NCBI GenBank assembly: GCA_016928555.1
Contig: JAFGKM010000003.1
Location: 1,112-65,111, forward strand
Length of the DNA stretch: 64,000 nucleotides
From: Candidatus Omnitrophota bacterium
GTDB taxonomy: Bacteria > Ratteibacteria > UBA8468 > B48-G9 > JAFGKM01
Direction of reading: 5' to 3'
Made by a program: the position numbers and the translations under genes
Shown: one piece after another, positions 46,454 to 56,006 of the stretch
How the letters are laid out: each line of letters begins with the position of its first letter
How positions within the stretch are numbered: the stretch's first letter is position 1
The notes under the pieces: generated by a model
What the model was told of the DNA's origin: nothing
Database searches by the model: none
The model's input: the letters and a program-made list of their open reading frames with translations, nothing else

Positions 46454-47884
46454 ATGACAGTTACAATAAAAGATGACAGGCAGGAGATTCTCTCATATCT
46501 TGAAGACGCTTCAAATTTCAAGGGAGGAGATGCGGAGAGATTATATATTCCTGATAGTGAAGAAGAGCTTATGAGCGCTGTTTCGGAATGTGCGGGCAGG
46601 GGAACGTTTGTCACCGTATCGGGCGGCGGGACGGGTACGGTGGGGGGGAGAGTTCCGAGAGAAGGAGCTATAATATCACTGGAGAAATTTAACAGGATAC
46701 TGGATATAGAGAAGGAGAAGAAAAAAGCTGTGCTTCAGGCAGGCGTTGTAATAAAGGACTTTCTTAATGCAATTGAGCCGTACGGACTTTTTTATCCCCC
46801 GTTTCCTACCGAAAGGACGGCTTTTATCGGAGGCAACGCCGCAACCAATGCTTCCGGCGAATACAGCTTCAGGTTCGGGCCCACCAGAAGGTACGTGAAG
46901 CGGATAAGAATGGTTTTGACCACGGGAAAAGTTCTTGACATTTCAAGAGGGAGCCTTTCTGAAAAGAACGGCATTATAGATTACGGGCTATTTCAGATTG
47001 ACCTGCCTTCATACCGCACCCCCTGCATAAAATGTTCTGCGGGCTATTTTGCGCAGGAAGGCATGGACGGAATAGATTTGCTTATAGGGTCTGAAGGGAC
47101 GCTGGGTATTATTACGGAAGTGGAGGTTTCTCTTATAGACGCGCTTCCTCCGAGGGCAATAACCATACTTTTTTTCCGGGAAGAGGAGAAGGTTCCCGAT
47201 ATTGTCAGGGTGATGAAAAAGAGTTTCCGGGAGCTTTACAGCCTTGAATTTTTTGACGCAGGAAGCCTGCAGTTTTTAAAGAAGGATTTTCCGGAAATAC
47301 CTGAAGGCGCCTGCGCTGTCTACGTTGAGACTGCCGCCGATGCGGAACACATGGAAAAACTGGCGGAAATTGCCGAGAGGTACGATTCAGCCGATGCATT
47401 GGTTGGAGAGGACAAAAAGAATTACGAAAAGCTTATTGATTTCAGGCACCGTCTCCCCGAGAATATAAATGCATATTTTAAGAAAATAGGACTTGTTAAG
47501 GTTGCGATGGACATCGCTGTTCCCGAAGATAAATTTCCGGAGATGTACAGGTTTTACAAGGACACCATGAAAAGAGAAAAAGGCATGCATACGATACTCT
47601 TCGGGCACATCGGCGAAAACCACCTGCATTTTAATCTTTTCCCTGCCGATGAAAAACAGAAAGTGCATGCGGTGGAGATTTATGAAACCTGCGTAGGAAA
47701 GGCGCTTTCACTCGGCGGAACCGTTGCCGCGGAACACGGCATAGGCAAGATTAAGCACAAGTGGCTCAAGATTATGTACGGAGAAAAAGGTTTGAAAGAG
47801 ATGGCGCGGATAAAGAAGGCTTTTGACCCCTACTGCATTCTCGGCCCGGACAACATCTTCCCGAAAGAACTGATGTCAATGTAA
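46454..47884 (+). CDS. FAD-linked oxidase (GlcD/D-lactate dehydrogenase-like, PCMH-type FAD-binding)
   Basis: Start moved to ATG 46454 (MTVTIKDD); 'VTVSGGGTG' FAD-binding region; C-terminal 'HGIGKIKHKWL' FAD-oxidase_C. Confidence 0.75.
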   Translation: MTVTIKDDRQEILSYLEDASNFKGGDAERLYIPDSEEELMSAVSECAGRGTFVTVSGGGTGTVGGRVPREGAIISLEKFNRILDIEKEKKKAVLQAGVVIKDFLNAIEPYGLFYPPFPTERTAFIGGNAATNASGEYSFRFGPTRRYVKRIRMVLTTGKVLDISRGSLSEKNGIIDYGLFQIDLPSYRTPCIKCSAGYFAQEGMDGIDLLIGSEGTLGIITEVEVSLIDALPPRAITILFFREEEKVPDIVRVMKKSFRELYSLEFFDAGSLQFLKKDFPEIPEGACAVYVETAADAEHMEKLAEIAERYDSADALVGEDKKNYEKLIDFRHRLPENINAYFKKIGLVKVAMDIAVPEDKFPEMYRFYKDTMKREKGMHTILFGHIGENHLHFNLFPADEKQKVHAVEIYETCVGKALSLGGTVAAEHGIGKIKHKWLKIMYGEKGLKEMARIKKAFDPYCILGPDNIFPKELMSM

Positions 47885-48706
47885 TATTTTACTTAAGAAT
47901 TTGCCTGCGGCCGACCGGTTGTTATCCCATTCCAGCACAACATCCGCAGATTTTTTAACCTTCTCTCCGGCGTTTGCCGGAGCCGCGGAAAGCCCTGCAT
48001 ATTCAAGCATAGAAATATCGTTTTCTCCGTCGCCGAGAGCAATAATTTCATCCCTTCCCAGATTGAAATAATCTGCTATTTTCGCCAGAGCCGTTCCTTT
48101 GTCCGAGCCTATATTCATGAATTCCAGGTATTCGGGGTTTGTTTTCAAAACATTCAGGCCGTCCCCTATTTTATTTTTGAAATACCCGTACTGGAAGTCT
48201 CTGGACCTGAACGGATTTTTTCCGTTCACGGCATCCGTTATCAATATCATTTTTGTAGGAGAATTGCCCTTCATCATTTTCAGGTTTTTTACCGGGTGGT
48301 AAACCGCGCCTGTCTGGCAGGAATAAATTTCGGCGTACTTTCTGAGGTTTTCATCATCCTGTGCGTATAACACATCCTGCAGGTAATAGTTCAGAAGGAA
48401 GTTATTCTCCGCGCAGTAGTCAATCAGCATATCGGCGTATGCGGGACCGACGGGGTTGTGGTATATTATTCTGCGCCCTGAAGCGCGGTTAAGTTTCGCC
48501 ATCGCTCCGTTGTATGCTATTAGGGGACAGTCTATTCCCAGCATCTCCGCGAAAGGAGATATGCAGCCGGTCATTCTGCCGGAAGACAAAACCACGATTC
48601 CCCCTTTTTCCGAAAATTCTTTCAGGCAGGATATATTCTCCCTGCTGATAGTTCCGTCGTCGGAGAGGAGGGTTCCGTCCAGGTCAAGAGATATCAGTTT
48701 GTACAT
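47876..48706 (-). CDS. Cof-type HAD-IIB family hydrolase
   Basis: 'LISLDLDGTLL' motif I, 'GDGENDISML' motif IV. Confidence 0.8.
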   Translation of the reverse strand: MYKLISLDLDGTLLSDDGTISRENISCLKEFSEKGGIVVLSSGRMTGCISPFAEMLGIDCPLIAYNGAMAKLNRASGRRIIYHNPVGPAYADMLIDYCAENNFLLNYYLQDVLYAQDDENLRKYAEIYSCQTGAVYHPVKNLKMMKGNSPTKMILITDAVNGKNPFRSRDFQYGYFKNKIGDGLNVLKTNPEYLEFMNIGSDKGTALAKIADYFNLGRDEIIALGDGENDISMLEYAGLSAAPANAGEKVKKSADVVLEWDNNRSAAGKFLSKILH

Positions 48707-48779
48707 GGTGTTTTTGACAGTTATTTCTTTTGTATTATACTTAAAAGAACCTATTTAGTAAAAATTAAAGGAGGATGCG

Positions 48780-49424
48780 ATGGATTTCCAGGTAAAGGAC
48801 GGACAGAAGTTTTTGTTTATAGGAGACAGTATCACGGACTGCGGCAGAAGGGTGGATGCTGCTCCTTTTGGCAACGGCTATGTAAGGATTTTCAGGGACC
48901 TGATAACGGCTAATTTTCCGGATAGAAGGATAGAGTTTATTAACAAGGGCATAGGGGGGGATACGGTTGTCGGCCTCCGGCAGAGATGGGAGGACGACGT
49001 CATATACCATAAACCGGACTGGTTGAGTATCCTTATAGGAATAAACGACGTGCACAGGTTTATAATGAAGGGGCTGGACTGGGAAAAGCTGGATGCGGAG
49101 AATTACCGTGCCTGCTATGACGAAATTTTGAAGAAAACGAAAGAAAAACTGTCTTGCGGCATAATTCTCATGGAGCCGTTTTATATAACCCTAAATAAAA
49201 CCGATTACTGGCGCGGGGAAGTTACGGGAAGGTTGGCGGAATACAGGAAGGCGGTTGCGGAGCTGAGCAAAAAATACAACACCCTTATGATAAAAACACA
49301 GGATATTTTTAATAACCATCTGAAGTACAGAGACAGCGAAACGTTTTCTCCGGAATCCGTGCATCTGAACCAGACGGGACATCTGATAATAGCAGACGCT
49401 CTGTTCAATATTTTAAAAAAATGA
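48780..49424 (+). CDS. SGNH/GDSL hydrolase family protein
   Basis: 'FIGDSITDCG' block I with catalytic Ser; block V 'SVHLNQTGH' (DxxH-like). Confidence 0.8.
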   Translation: MDFQVKDGQKFLFIGDSITDCGRRVDAAPFGNGYVRIFRDLITANFPDRRIEFINKGIGGDTVVGLRQRWEDDVIYHKPDWLSILIGINDVHRFIMKGLDWEKLDAENYRACYDEILKKTKEKLSCGIILMEPFYITLNKTDYWRGEVTGRLAEYRKAVAELSKKYNTLMIKTQDIFNNHLKYRDSETFSPESVHLNQTGHLIIADALFNILKK

Positions 49425-50218
49425 AGGGAATAATAGACTTTCATACGCATGCTTTTCCGGATGCGCTGGCGGAAAAGGCGGTAAAACTGCTTGAGGCAGA
49501 AGGCGGCATTCCCGCCCGTCTTGACGGTACAATTGCCTCGCTTCTGAAATCAATGGATGAATGCGGAATTGAGAAAAGCGTCGTTTGTTCCATAGCTACA
49601 AAACCATCGCAGTTTGAGCCCATAATGAGATGGTCGGCCGAGATAAAATCCGACAGAATTATTCCCCTGCCTTCCGTCCATCCGGACGATACGGAAATCC
49701 TTGATAAAATAGGCGTTATCAAAGCTGAAGGGTTCAAGGGCGTAAAAATGCATCCGTATTACCAGGGATTCAACCTAAACGATGAAAAAATGATGTCCGT
49801 GTATGAGAAAATCTGCAGGGAAAACCTCATATTTGTTTCGCATACCGGCTTTGATTTTGCGTTTGAGCGCATAAAGAAATCCGACCCTGTGAAAATCGTT
49901 GAAATACATCGGGCATTTCCCGGGTTGAAGTTTGTAGCAACGCACATGGGCGCGTGGGAGGACTGGTCGGAGGTTGAGCGGCTGATGGCAGGTAAAAATA
50001 TCTATATGGAGATTTCGTTCTCTCTGGAATTTATGGAGAAGGAGCGTGCTAAAAACATAATAATGAAGCATCCGCCGGAATATATTATGTTCGGCACCGA
50101 TTCTCCCTGGACAGGGCAGAAGGAAACTCTGGATTTGTTGGAAGTCCTTTCGCTGGAACCCGCTCTCAAAAGCCGCATCTTAAGGGAGAATGCGCTTGAT
50201 TTGCTCAATTCAGTTTAG
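49421..50218 (+). CDS. Amidohydrolase-2 family metal-dependent hydrolase (TIM barrel)
   Basis: 'IIDFHTHAF' N-terminal His motif, 'HTGFD', 'ATHMG', 'FGTDSPW' metal ligand pattern; ATGA overlap with upstream gene. Confidence 0.65.
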   Translation: MKGIIDFHTHAFPDALAEKAVKLLEAEGGIPARLDGTIASLLKSMDECGIEKSVVCSIATKPSQFEPIMRWSAEIKSDRIIPLPSVHPDDTEILDKIGVIKAEGFKGVKMHPYYQGFNLNDEKMMSVYEKICRENLIFVSHTGFDFAFERIKKSDPVKIVEIHRAFPGLKFVATHMGAWEDWSEVERLMAGKNIYMEISFSLEFMEKERAKNIIMKHPPEYIMFGTDSPWTGQKETLDLLEVLSLEPALKSRILRENALDLLNSV

Positions 50219-50251
50219 TTGATGATACAATGCAGGTGGTGTATACTTACA

Positions 50252-51028
50252 ACCGTGAAAATTATATCTTTTTCAAATCAAAAAGGCGGGACGGGAAAGA
50301 CTACCGCGTGCGTCAATACGGCGGCGGCGCTTGTGAAGACGGGTGAGAGAGCGCTCATTATTGACCTTGACCCGCAGGGAAATACGACGGTGAGCGTGGG
50401 CATAAAACTTAAACCCGAGGATTTAACCGTATCCGAATTTATTTTGAGAGGCGCGAGGATTGAGGATTTGATGCTGGACAGCTATATGGCGGATTTGTCC
50501 GTAATACCTTCCGATACAACGCTTGCGCATACCGAGTTTGAACTTGTTTCGGAAAACAAAAATCAGTTTTTTCTCAAAAAGGCGATTGAGAAAAACGGAG
50601 ATGCGCTCGCTTCTTTTGACTATATTCTCATAGACTGCCCGCCTTCGCTGTCTCTGCTTACCGTAAACGGTTTATGCGCATCCGATTATGTTGTCGTGCC
50701 CGTCTTATGCGATTATCTTTCCCTTGAAGGCCTTTCCCATTTAATGGAGACAGTGGAAGAAATAAAGAAAAAACTTAATCCTTCTCTTGAGGTTCTCGGA
50801 ATACTGCCCAATATGATTGACAGGCGGCTAAGGATAACGGAAGAAAGCCTTGCCCTGATGAAAAAAGAGTTCGGAGGCCTTGTTTTTAAAAACGGCATAA
50901 ATGTATGCAGCCGCTTGAGGGAATCTCCTTCTTTCGGAAAAGCGATATTTGATTATGCGGCAAGTTCAACTGCCGCGGAGGATTTTCTGGCGGCCGCGAG
51001 AGAAATCAAAAGGAGAGTAATAAAATGA
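50252..51028 (+). CDS. ParA/MinD-family P-loop ATPase
   Basis: GTG start at 50252 (VKIISFSNQKGGTGKTT deviant Walker A); 4-nt overlap with downstream RHH gene. Confidence 0.8.
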   Translation, partial: TVKIISFSNQKGGTGKTTACVNTAAALVKTGERALIIDLDPQGNTTVSVGIKLKPEDLTVSEFILRGARIEDLMLDSYMADLSVIPSDTTLAHTEFELVSENKNQFFLKKAIEKNGDALASFDYILIDCPPSLSLLTVNGLCASDYVVVPVLCDYLSLEGLSHLMETVEEIKKKLNPSLEVLGILPNMIDRRLRITEESLALMKKEFGGLVFKNGINVCSRLRESPSFGKAIFDYAASSTAAEDFLAAAREIKRRVIK

Positions 51029-51234
51029 AAAGGCTGGGACCTCAGGCAAAAAAGCTTTTTGAAACGGAGAGCAGAACCGGTGCTGCAAAAAAGGACATGA
51101 GGCAAAAGAGCAAAAAATACACCTTTATACTGCCCTTTGAGCTTATGAAGAAGGTAAAGCACAATGCCGTGGAGCAGGATAAAACAATCTCTCAATGGCT
51201 GGCCGAAGCAATTGAAAAAAATCTTCCCGGATAG
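51025..51234 (+). CDS. Small ribbon-helix-helix (CopG/ParG-like) protein
   Basis: 69 aa; 'KYTFILPFELMKKVKHNAVEQDKTISQWLAEAIE' fits RHH beta-alpha-alpha; partner position of ParA. Confidence 0.5.
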   Translation: MKRLGPQAKKLFETESRTGAAKKDMRQKSKKYTFILPFELMKKVKHNAVEQDKTISQWLAEAIEKNLPG

Positions 51235-51305
51235 AGCGCCTTCCCGGGCGTATTTTACGGCAGGAAAAGGTTGACATTTTCAATGTTTTGTGTTAATGTA
51301 AAAAC

Positions 51306-53015
51306 ATGCCGACTAAAAAGGAAGTAATAAATATAATATCGAGCATCGGTCTGTGGGACAAAAAATCGATAGAATCTGCTCTTGAAGAGCAGGAATCAAC
51401 GGGGAATTCCTTAAAAGAGGTTTTCCAGAACAGGGGGATGCTTCCTTTCGGCGAAGTTTCCCCCTCTTTTTACTTTCAGATGGGCGTGGTTCAGAAAGAA
51501 CTTCCCGCCAGGGAAATTCCTTCGGAATTGTTGAACGCCATCCCCCCGAAAGTTGCAAAAAATCACAGGGTGATACCGTGGGAAAAAAGGGAAGACGGAA
51601 GGTTTATCCTTGTTTCAGACGACCCCATTAACATCCTCGCTTCCGATTACTTCAGAAGGCTTATAGGTGCGGAGGATGTGAAAACTGTTGAAGTTTTGAT
51701 AACTTTCCCCGAAGAAATCAACCAGCTGCTTGAAAAATATTATGCCCAGGAATCAATGGAAGACCTTTCCCAGATGCTTCAGGAAGCGAGCAGCGCCACC
51801 ATAGACCTTGACCTGCCTGAAGCCGAGGTGGACGAGGGAGACGATGAAGCCCTTGCCCTGCAGGCGCCTGTAGTAAAAATATGCAACCTTGTTTTTGTTG
51901 AAGCGTTGAGGCGGAGGGCAAGCGATATACATTTTGAACCCCTGGAAAAAAAATTCAGGGTCAGGTTCCGCATAGACGGCGTCTTATATGAAGTTGTTGC
52001 GCCGCCGAAAAGGGTGGAAAAAGCCGTTATAGCAAGAGTGAAATTAATGGCAAAGATGGACCTTGCGGAAAAGCGCCTGCCGCAGGACGGAAGAATAATG
52101 CTTGATATCGGAGGCAAGCCCATAGATTTCCGCGTATCCGCCCTTCCCGGCATATACGGGGAAAGCATTGTACTGAGAATACTTGACAAGACTTCCATGT
52201 TAAAAGGGCTTGAGGAGCTCGGATTCCTTCCCGAGGATTTGGAAAAATGGACGGAACTTCTGAAATATACGGGAGGGCTGGTGCTTGTAACCGGACCGAC
52301 GGGTTCCGGAAAAACAACAACGCTTTATGCCGCCCTCCAGACGCTTAATACAATGGACAGGAAGCTGATGACGGTTGAAGAGCCGGTTGAATATCAGATT
52401 CCGGGTATCAACCAGACTCCCGTCAATTCGGACATCGGGCTTACTTTTGCGTCTGTGCTGAGGTCTTTTCTGCGCCAGTCCCCGGACGTCATACTTATAG
52501 GGGAAATCAGGGATTTTGAAACTTCAGATATTGCGCTCAGGGCCGCTCTTACCGGACATCTCGTATTCAGCACTCTGCATACAAATGACGCTCCCGGCGC
52601 AATTACACGCCTTATAGACATGGGCGCCCCTCCTTTTCTTATCGCCTCTTCAGTACAGGGCGTTATGGCCCAGCGCCTGGTAAGGGTTCTGTGCTCCTAC
52701 TGCAAAGAGAAAATAGAGCCGGATGAGAATATGAAGAAAATATTGCGGGCGAAGGAAGGAGAGGAGCTTAATGTTTGCAAGCCGAAAGGATGCAATGAAT
52801 GCAACTTTACCGGCTTCCGCGGCAGGCTGGGTATATTTGAGATTTTCTCCATGAACGATGAATTGAGGGAACTTGCTCTCAAGAGGGTCGGAACGACAGA
52901 GATAAGGGATGCGGCAAGAAGGGCGGGCATGAAGCTGATGGTGGAAGACGGCTACGAAAAAGTTAAAAGAGGCATTACTACGCTTGACGAAGTATATACG
53001 GTAACGGGAGAATGA
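51306..53015 (+). CDS. Type IV pilus assembly / type II secretion ATPase PilB/GspE family
   Basis: N-terminal T2SSE_N-like domain; Walker A 'GPTGSGKTTT'; Asp/His boxes; tetracysteine CxxC...CxxC (CSYCKEK...CNEC). Confidence 0.85.
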   Translation: MPTKKEVINIISSIGLWDKKSIESALEEQESTGNSLKEVFQNRGMLPFGEVSPSFYFQMGVVQKELPAREIPSELLNAIPPKVAKNHRVIPWEKREDGRFILVSDDPINILASDYFRRLIGAEDVKTVEVLITFPEEINQLLEKYYAQESMEDLSQMLQEASSATIDLDLPEAEVDEGDDEALALQAPVVKICNLVFVEALRRRASDIHFEPLEKKFRVRFRIDGVLYEVVAPPKRVEKAVIARVKLMAKMDLAEKRLPQDGRIMLDIGGKPIDFRVSALPGIYGESIVLRILDKTSMLKGLEELGFLPEDLEKWTELLKYTGGLVLVTGPTGSGKTTTLYAALQTLNTMDRKLMTVEEPVEYQIPGINQTPVNSDIGLTFASVLRSFLRQSPDVILIGEIRDFETSDIALRAALTGHLVFSTLHTNDAPGAITRLIDMGAPPFLIASSVQGVMAQRLVRVLCSYCKEKIEPDENMKKILRAKEGEELNVCKPKGCNECNFTGFRGRLGIFEIFSMNDELRELALKRVGTTEIRDAARRAGMKLMVEDGYEKVKRGITTLDEVYTVTGE

Positions 53016-53016
53016 G

Positions 53017-54162
53017 ATGCCTAAGAAGATAGAGGAGCTTCTTACTATGCAGGTTAAGTCAAACGCGGCTGACCTGCACCTTAACGTGGGGCTTCCCCCT
53101 ATGCTCAGAATGCACGGGGGATTGACAAAGGTTGACAACGAACCTCTTACCCCGGAGGATACCGCCAATTATATGAAAGCCATAACGTCAAGGGAGCACC
53201 AGGAAGAACTGCAGAAGATAGGCGGTACGGACTTCGGCTTTGCTTTCAAGGACCTTGCGAGGTTCAGGGTCAGCGTTTTCAAGGAAAGAGGCAGTGTTGC
53301 CATGGCATTGAGGCTGATCCCTTACCAGTTTTTAAGGTTTGACCAGATAGGGCTTGAAGAAAAGACGATGAGGTATCTGCTTACGAGGCCCAGGGGGCTT
53401 ATCCTTGTTGTGGGGCCCACAGGTTCGGGTAAAACAACCACTCTTGCCACAATGGTGGACTGGATTAACGAAAATCTTGACAGGCATATCATTACTGTGG
53501 AAGACCCCATAGAATATTATCACGGGCATAAAAGGTCTATTGTTACCCAGAGGGAACTTGGGGTTGACGTACCCACTTTTGAAGAAGCTCTCAGAAGGGG
53601 ATTGCGGCAGGACCCAGACGTTTTCCTCGTAGGTGAAATGAGAGACCTTGACACTATTGAAGCCGCGATTACCGCCGCGGAGACAGGCCACATAGTTTTT
53701 GCCACCCTGCACACGACGGGAGCTCCCAGAACGGTGGACAGAATTGTGAATGTTTTCCCGGTTGCCCAGCAGGAGCAGATAAGGGTTATGCTTTCGGTTT
53801 CAATCCTTGCCATCGTGTCGCAGGTTCTTTTGAAGCGCGTGGATAAGCCCGGGAGGGTTGCCGCTTTTGAGGTGATGCTTGCGACTACCTCAATACAGAA
53901 CCTTATACGCGAAAGGAAGACTTACAGAATAGTTTCCGAGATACAGACGGGAGGCAAGATGGGGATGGTTACCCTGGACTCTTTTCTCATGAATCTGTTC
54001 AGGGAGGGAAAGATAAACTTTGAAGACGTCCTTACGTATGCCTACGACCCCACATCCGCAAAAGCGGAGCTGGCGGCAGAGGGGTTGATTGACGAATCCA
54101 TGCTTTCCATGCAGACGGAAGGCGTTACGGACGTTAAGCTTGACAGGGATAAAAATGGCTGA
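53017..54162 (+). CDS. pilT: PilT-family type IV pilus retraction ATPase
   Basis: 381 aa; 'GPTGSGKTTTLA', 'GEMRDLDTIEAAITAAETGH', 'ATLHT'; no N-terminal T2SSE_N domain. Confidence 0.8.
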   Translation: MPKKIEELLTMQVKSNAADLHLNVGLPPMLRMHGGLTKVDNEPLTPEDTANYMKAITSREHQEELQKIGGTDFGFAFKDLARFRVSVFKERGSVAMALRLIPYQFLRFDQIGLEEKTMRYLLTRPRGLILVVGPTGSGKTTTLATMVDWINENLDRHIITVEDPIEYYHGHKRSIVTQRELGVDVPTFEEALRRGLRQDPDVFLVGEMRDLDTIEAAITAAETGHIVFATLHTTGAPRTVDRIVNVFPVAQQEQIRVMLSVSILAIVSQVLLKRVDKPGRVAAFEVMLATTSIQNLIRERKTYRIVSEIQTGGKMGMVTLDSFLMNLFREGKINFEDVLTYAYDPTSAKAELAAEGLIDESMLSMQTEGVTDVKLDRDKNG

Positions 54163-55873
54163 GAAAAAACTGTTGGGACAGATGCTTCTGGAAGAAGGGG
54201 TTGTTACCGAGTCGGAGTTAAAAAAGGCCCTTGATAATCAGAGAAAAACGGGGCATTTTCTCGGAAGAATCCTTGTCGACATGGGGTTTGTCGACGAGAA
54301 AGAGCTGAAGCGCATTCTCAGCATTCAGGCAGGGATTGAGATGATAGACCTGAAGAATACACCTATAGACAAGAAAGGCGTGGAGGTTTTTCCCTCGGCT
54401 CTTGCCAAGACGTATAATGCCGTTCCCGTGAAGCTTGAAAGAAATATATTGACCCTCGCCGTAGGCGATACCCTGAGCCTGAATATACAGGACGATATAT
54501 CGTTTATCCTCGGCTACAAGACAAAAATGGTTCTGGCCGATGAGAATGACATAAGGGATGCCATAGAGACTCATTACGGGAAAGAAATAGAGACTATAGA
54601 CGACCTTATAAAATGGCTCGCCCAGGATGTTGAAGAGATGGAAGAGCTGGATGCAATTGCCAGCCAGGGTGAATACGCCACAATCACTTCGCTTGAAGAA
54701 ATAGCATCGCTTCCGCCTGTAGTAAAACTTTTTGACCTGATACTTTTACAGACGGTAAGAGACAATGCTTCCGACGTGCACCTGGAGCCTTTTGAAGAAG
54801 ACTTCCGGGTAAGATACAGGGTTGACGGCGTTCTGTACGACCTTGTCCATCCTCCGAGAGGGCTGTCTTTTGCTCTTTTCTGCAGGTTTAAAATCATGGC
54901 CGGCATGGATATTGCGGAGAGGCGCCTTCCGCAGGACGGCAGAATAGAACTGTCCATGATGGGGAGAGCCGTGGACCTTCGTATAAATACGGTGCCCACT
55001 GTTTTCGGAGAGTGCCTTGCCATAAGGGTGCTCGACAGAGCAAAAACCATTTTTGAGCTTGAGAACCTCGGCCTGGACCAAAGCAACATGGAAAGGGTTG
55101 ACGGCATCATAAGAAAACCAAACGGGATAGTGCTTGCCACGGGCCCGACCGGATGCGGCAAGACTACAACTCTTTATGCGGTGTTGAGGAAGCTTAATAC
55201 GCCCGATGTCAAGGTAATAACCACAGAGGACCCCGTAGAATACATGCTGGAAGGCTCCATACAGGTGCCCATCAGGGAAAAGATAGGGCTTACTTTCGCA
55301 AAATGCCTCAGAAGCATATTGAGGCAGGACCCGGACATCATCCTGGTGGGAGAGGTCAGGGATTTTGATACCGCCCAGATGGCGATACAATCGTCTTTGA
55401 CGGGACATCTTGTCTTGAGCACACTCCATACAAACGACGCACCCAGTACTATTATGAGGCTCATAGACATGAAAATAGAACCCTTTCTGCTTGCTTCTAC
55501 GATAGAAGGGGTTGTTGCCCAGAGGCTTTTGAGGGTGCTTTGTCCCAGGTGTAAAGAGGAATACAGGCCTTCAAAAAACGAACTGTTTGAAGTAAAATTG
55601 TCCGGGGAAGATGCGGATAAAATGAAATTCTATAAACCAAAGGGCTGCCCTTTCTGCAGGAGCGGCTACAAAGGGCGTATCGCCCTGTTTGAGATACTTA
55701 TACCCACGGAACCTTTTTGGGAAGCGGTCGTGGAAGGCAAGCCTCTGGGGGAAATCAGGAAGGTTGCGGTTGAGAAGTGCGGAATGAAAACTTTGCTTGA
55801 CGATGGACTTGACAAGATAAATGAGGGTATAACATCATTGGAGGAAGTTGCAAAGGAAATACACGGCTATTAA
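54155..55873 (+). CDS. Second PilB/GspE-family secretion ATPase
   Basis: ATG 54155 overlaps pilT stop by 8 nt; T2SSE_N-like N-term; 'GPTGCGKTTT'; CPRCKEE...CPFC zinc motif. Confidence 0.85.
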   Translation: MAEKKLLGQMLLEEGVVTESELKKALDNQRKTGHFLGRILVDMGFVDEKELKRILSIQAGIEMIDLKNTPIDKKGVEVFPSALAKTYNAVPVKLERNILTLAVGDTLSLNIQDDISFILGYKTKMVLADENDIRDAIETHYGKEIETIDDLIKWLAQDVEEMEELDAIASQGEYATITSLEEIASLPPVVKLFDLILLQTVRDNASDVHLEPFEEDFRVRYRVDGVLYDLVHPPRGLSFALFCRFKIMAGMDIAERRLPQDGRIELSMMGRAVDLRINTVPTVFGECLAIRVLDRAKTIFELENLGLDQSNMERVDGIIRKPNGIVLATGPTGCGKTTTLYAVLRKLNTPDVKVITTEDPVEYMLEGSIQVPIREKIGLTFAKCLRSILRQDPDIILVGEVRDFDTAQMAIQSSLTGHLVLSTLHTNDAPSTIMRLIDMKIEPFLLASTIEGVVAQRLLRVLCPRCKEEYRPSKNELFEVKLSGEDADKMKFYKPKGCPFCRSGYKGRIALFEILIPTEPFWEAVVEGKPLGEIRKVAVEKCGMKTLLDDGLDKINEGITSLEEVAKEIHGY

Positions 55874-56006
55874 AAGAGGAAAATACGACAGATATACAAT
55901 AGTTATACAGTAGAAATAAATAATATAGCGCAAATGGAATTTGCGTATAGCAGGGACAAAGTTCCTGTATAAGAAAAACGAAGTTCTCATATATAAAGGT
56001 GTAATT

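Noticed and set aside
54218-55470. Minus-strand ORFs of 118-227 aa
   Set aside because: Antisense to the second pilB-like ATPase.
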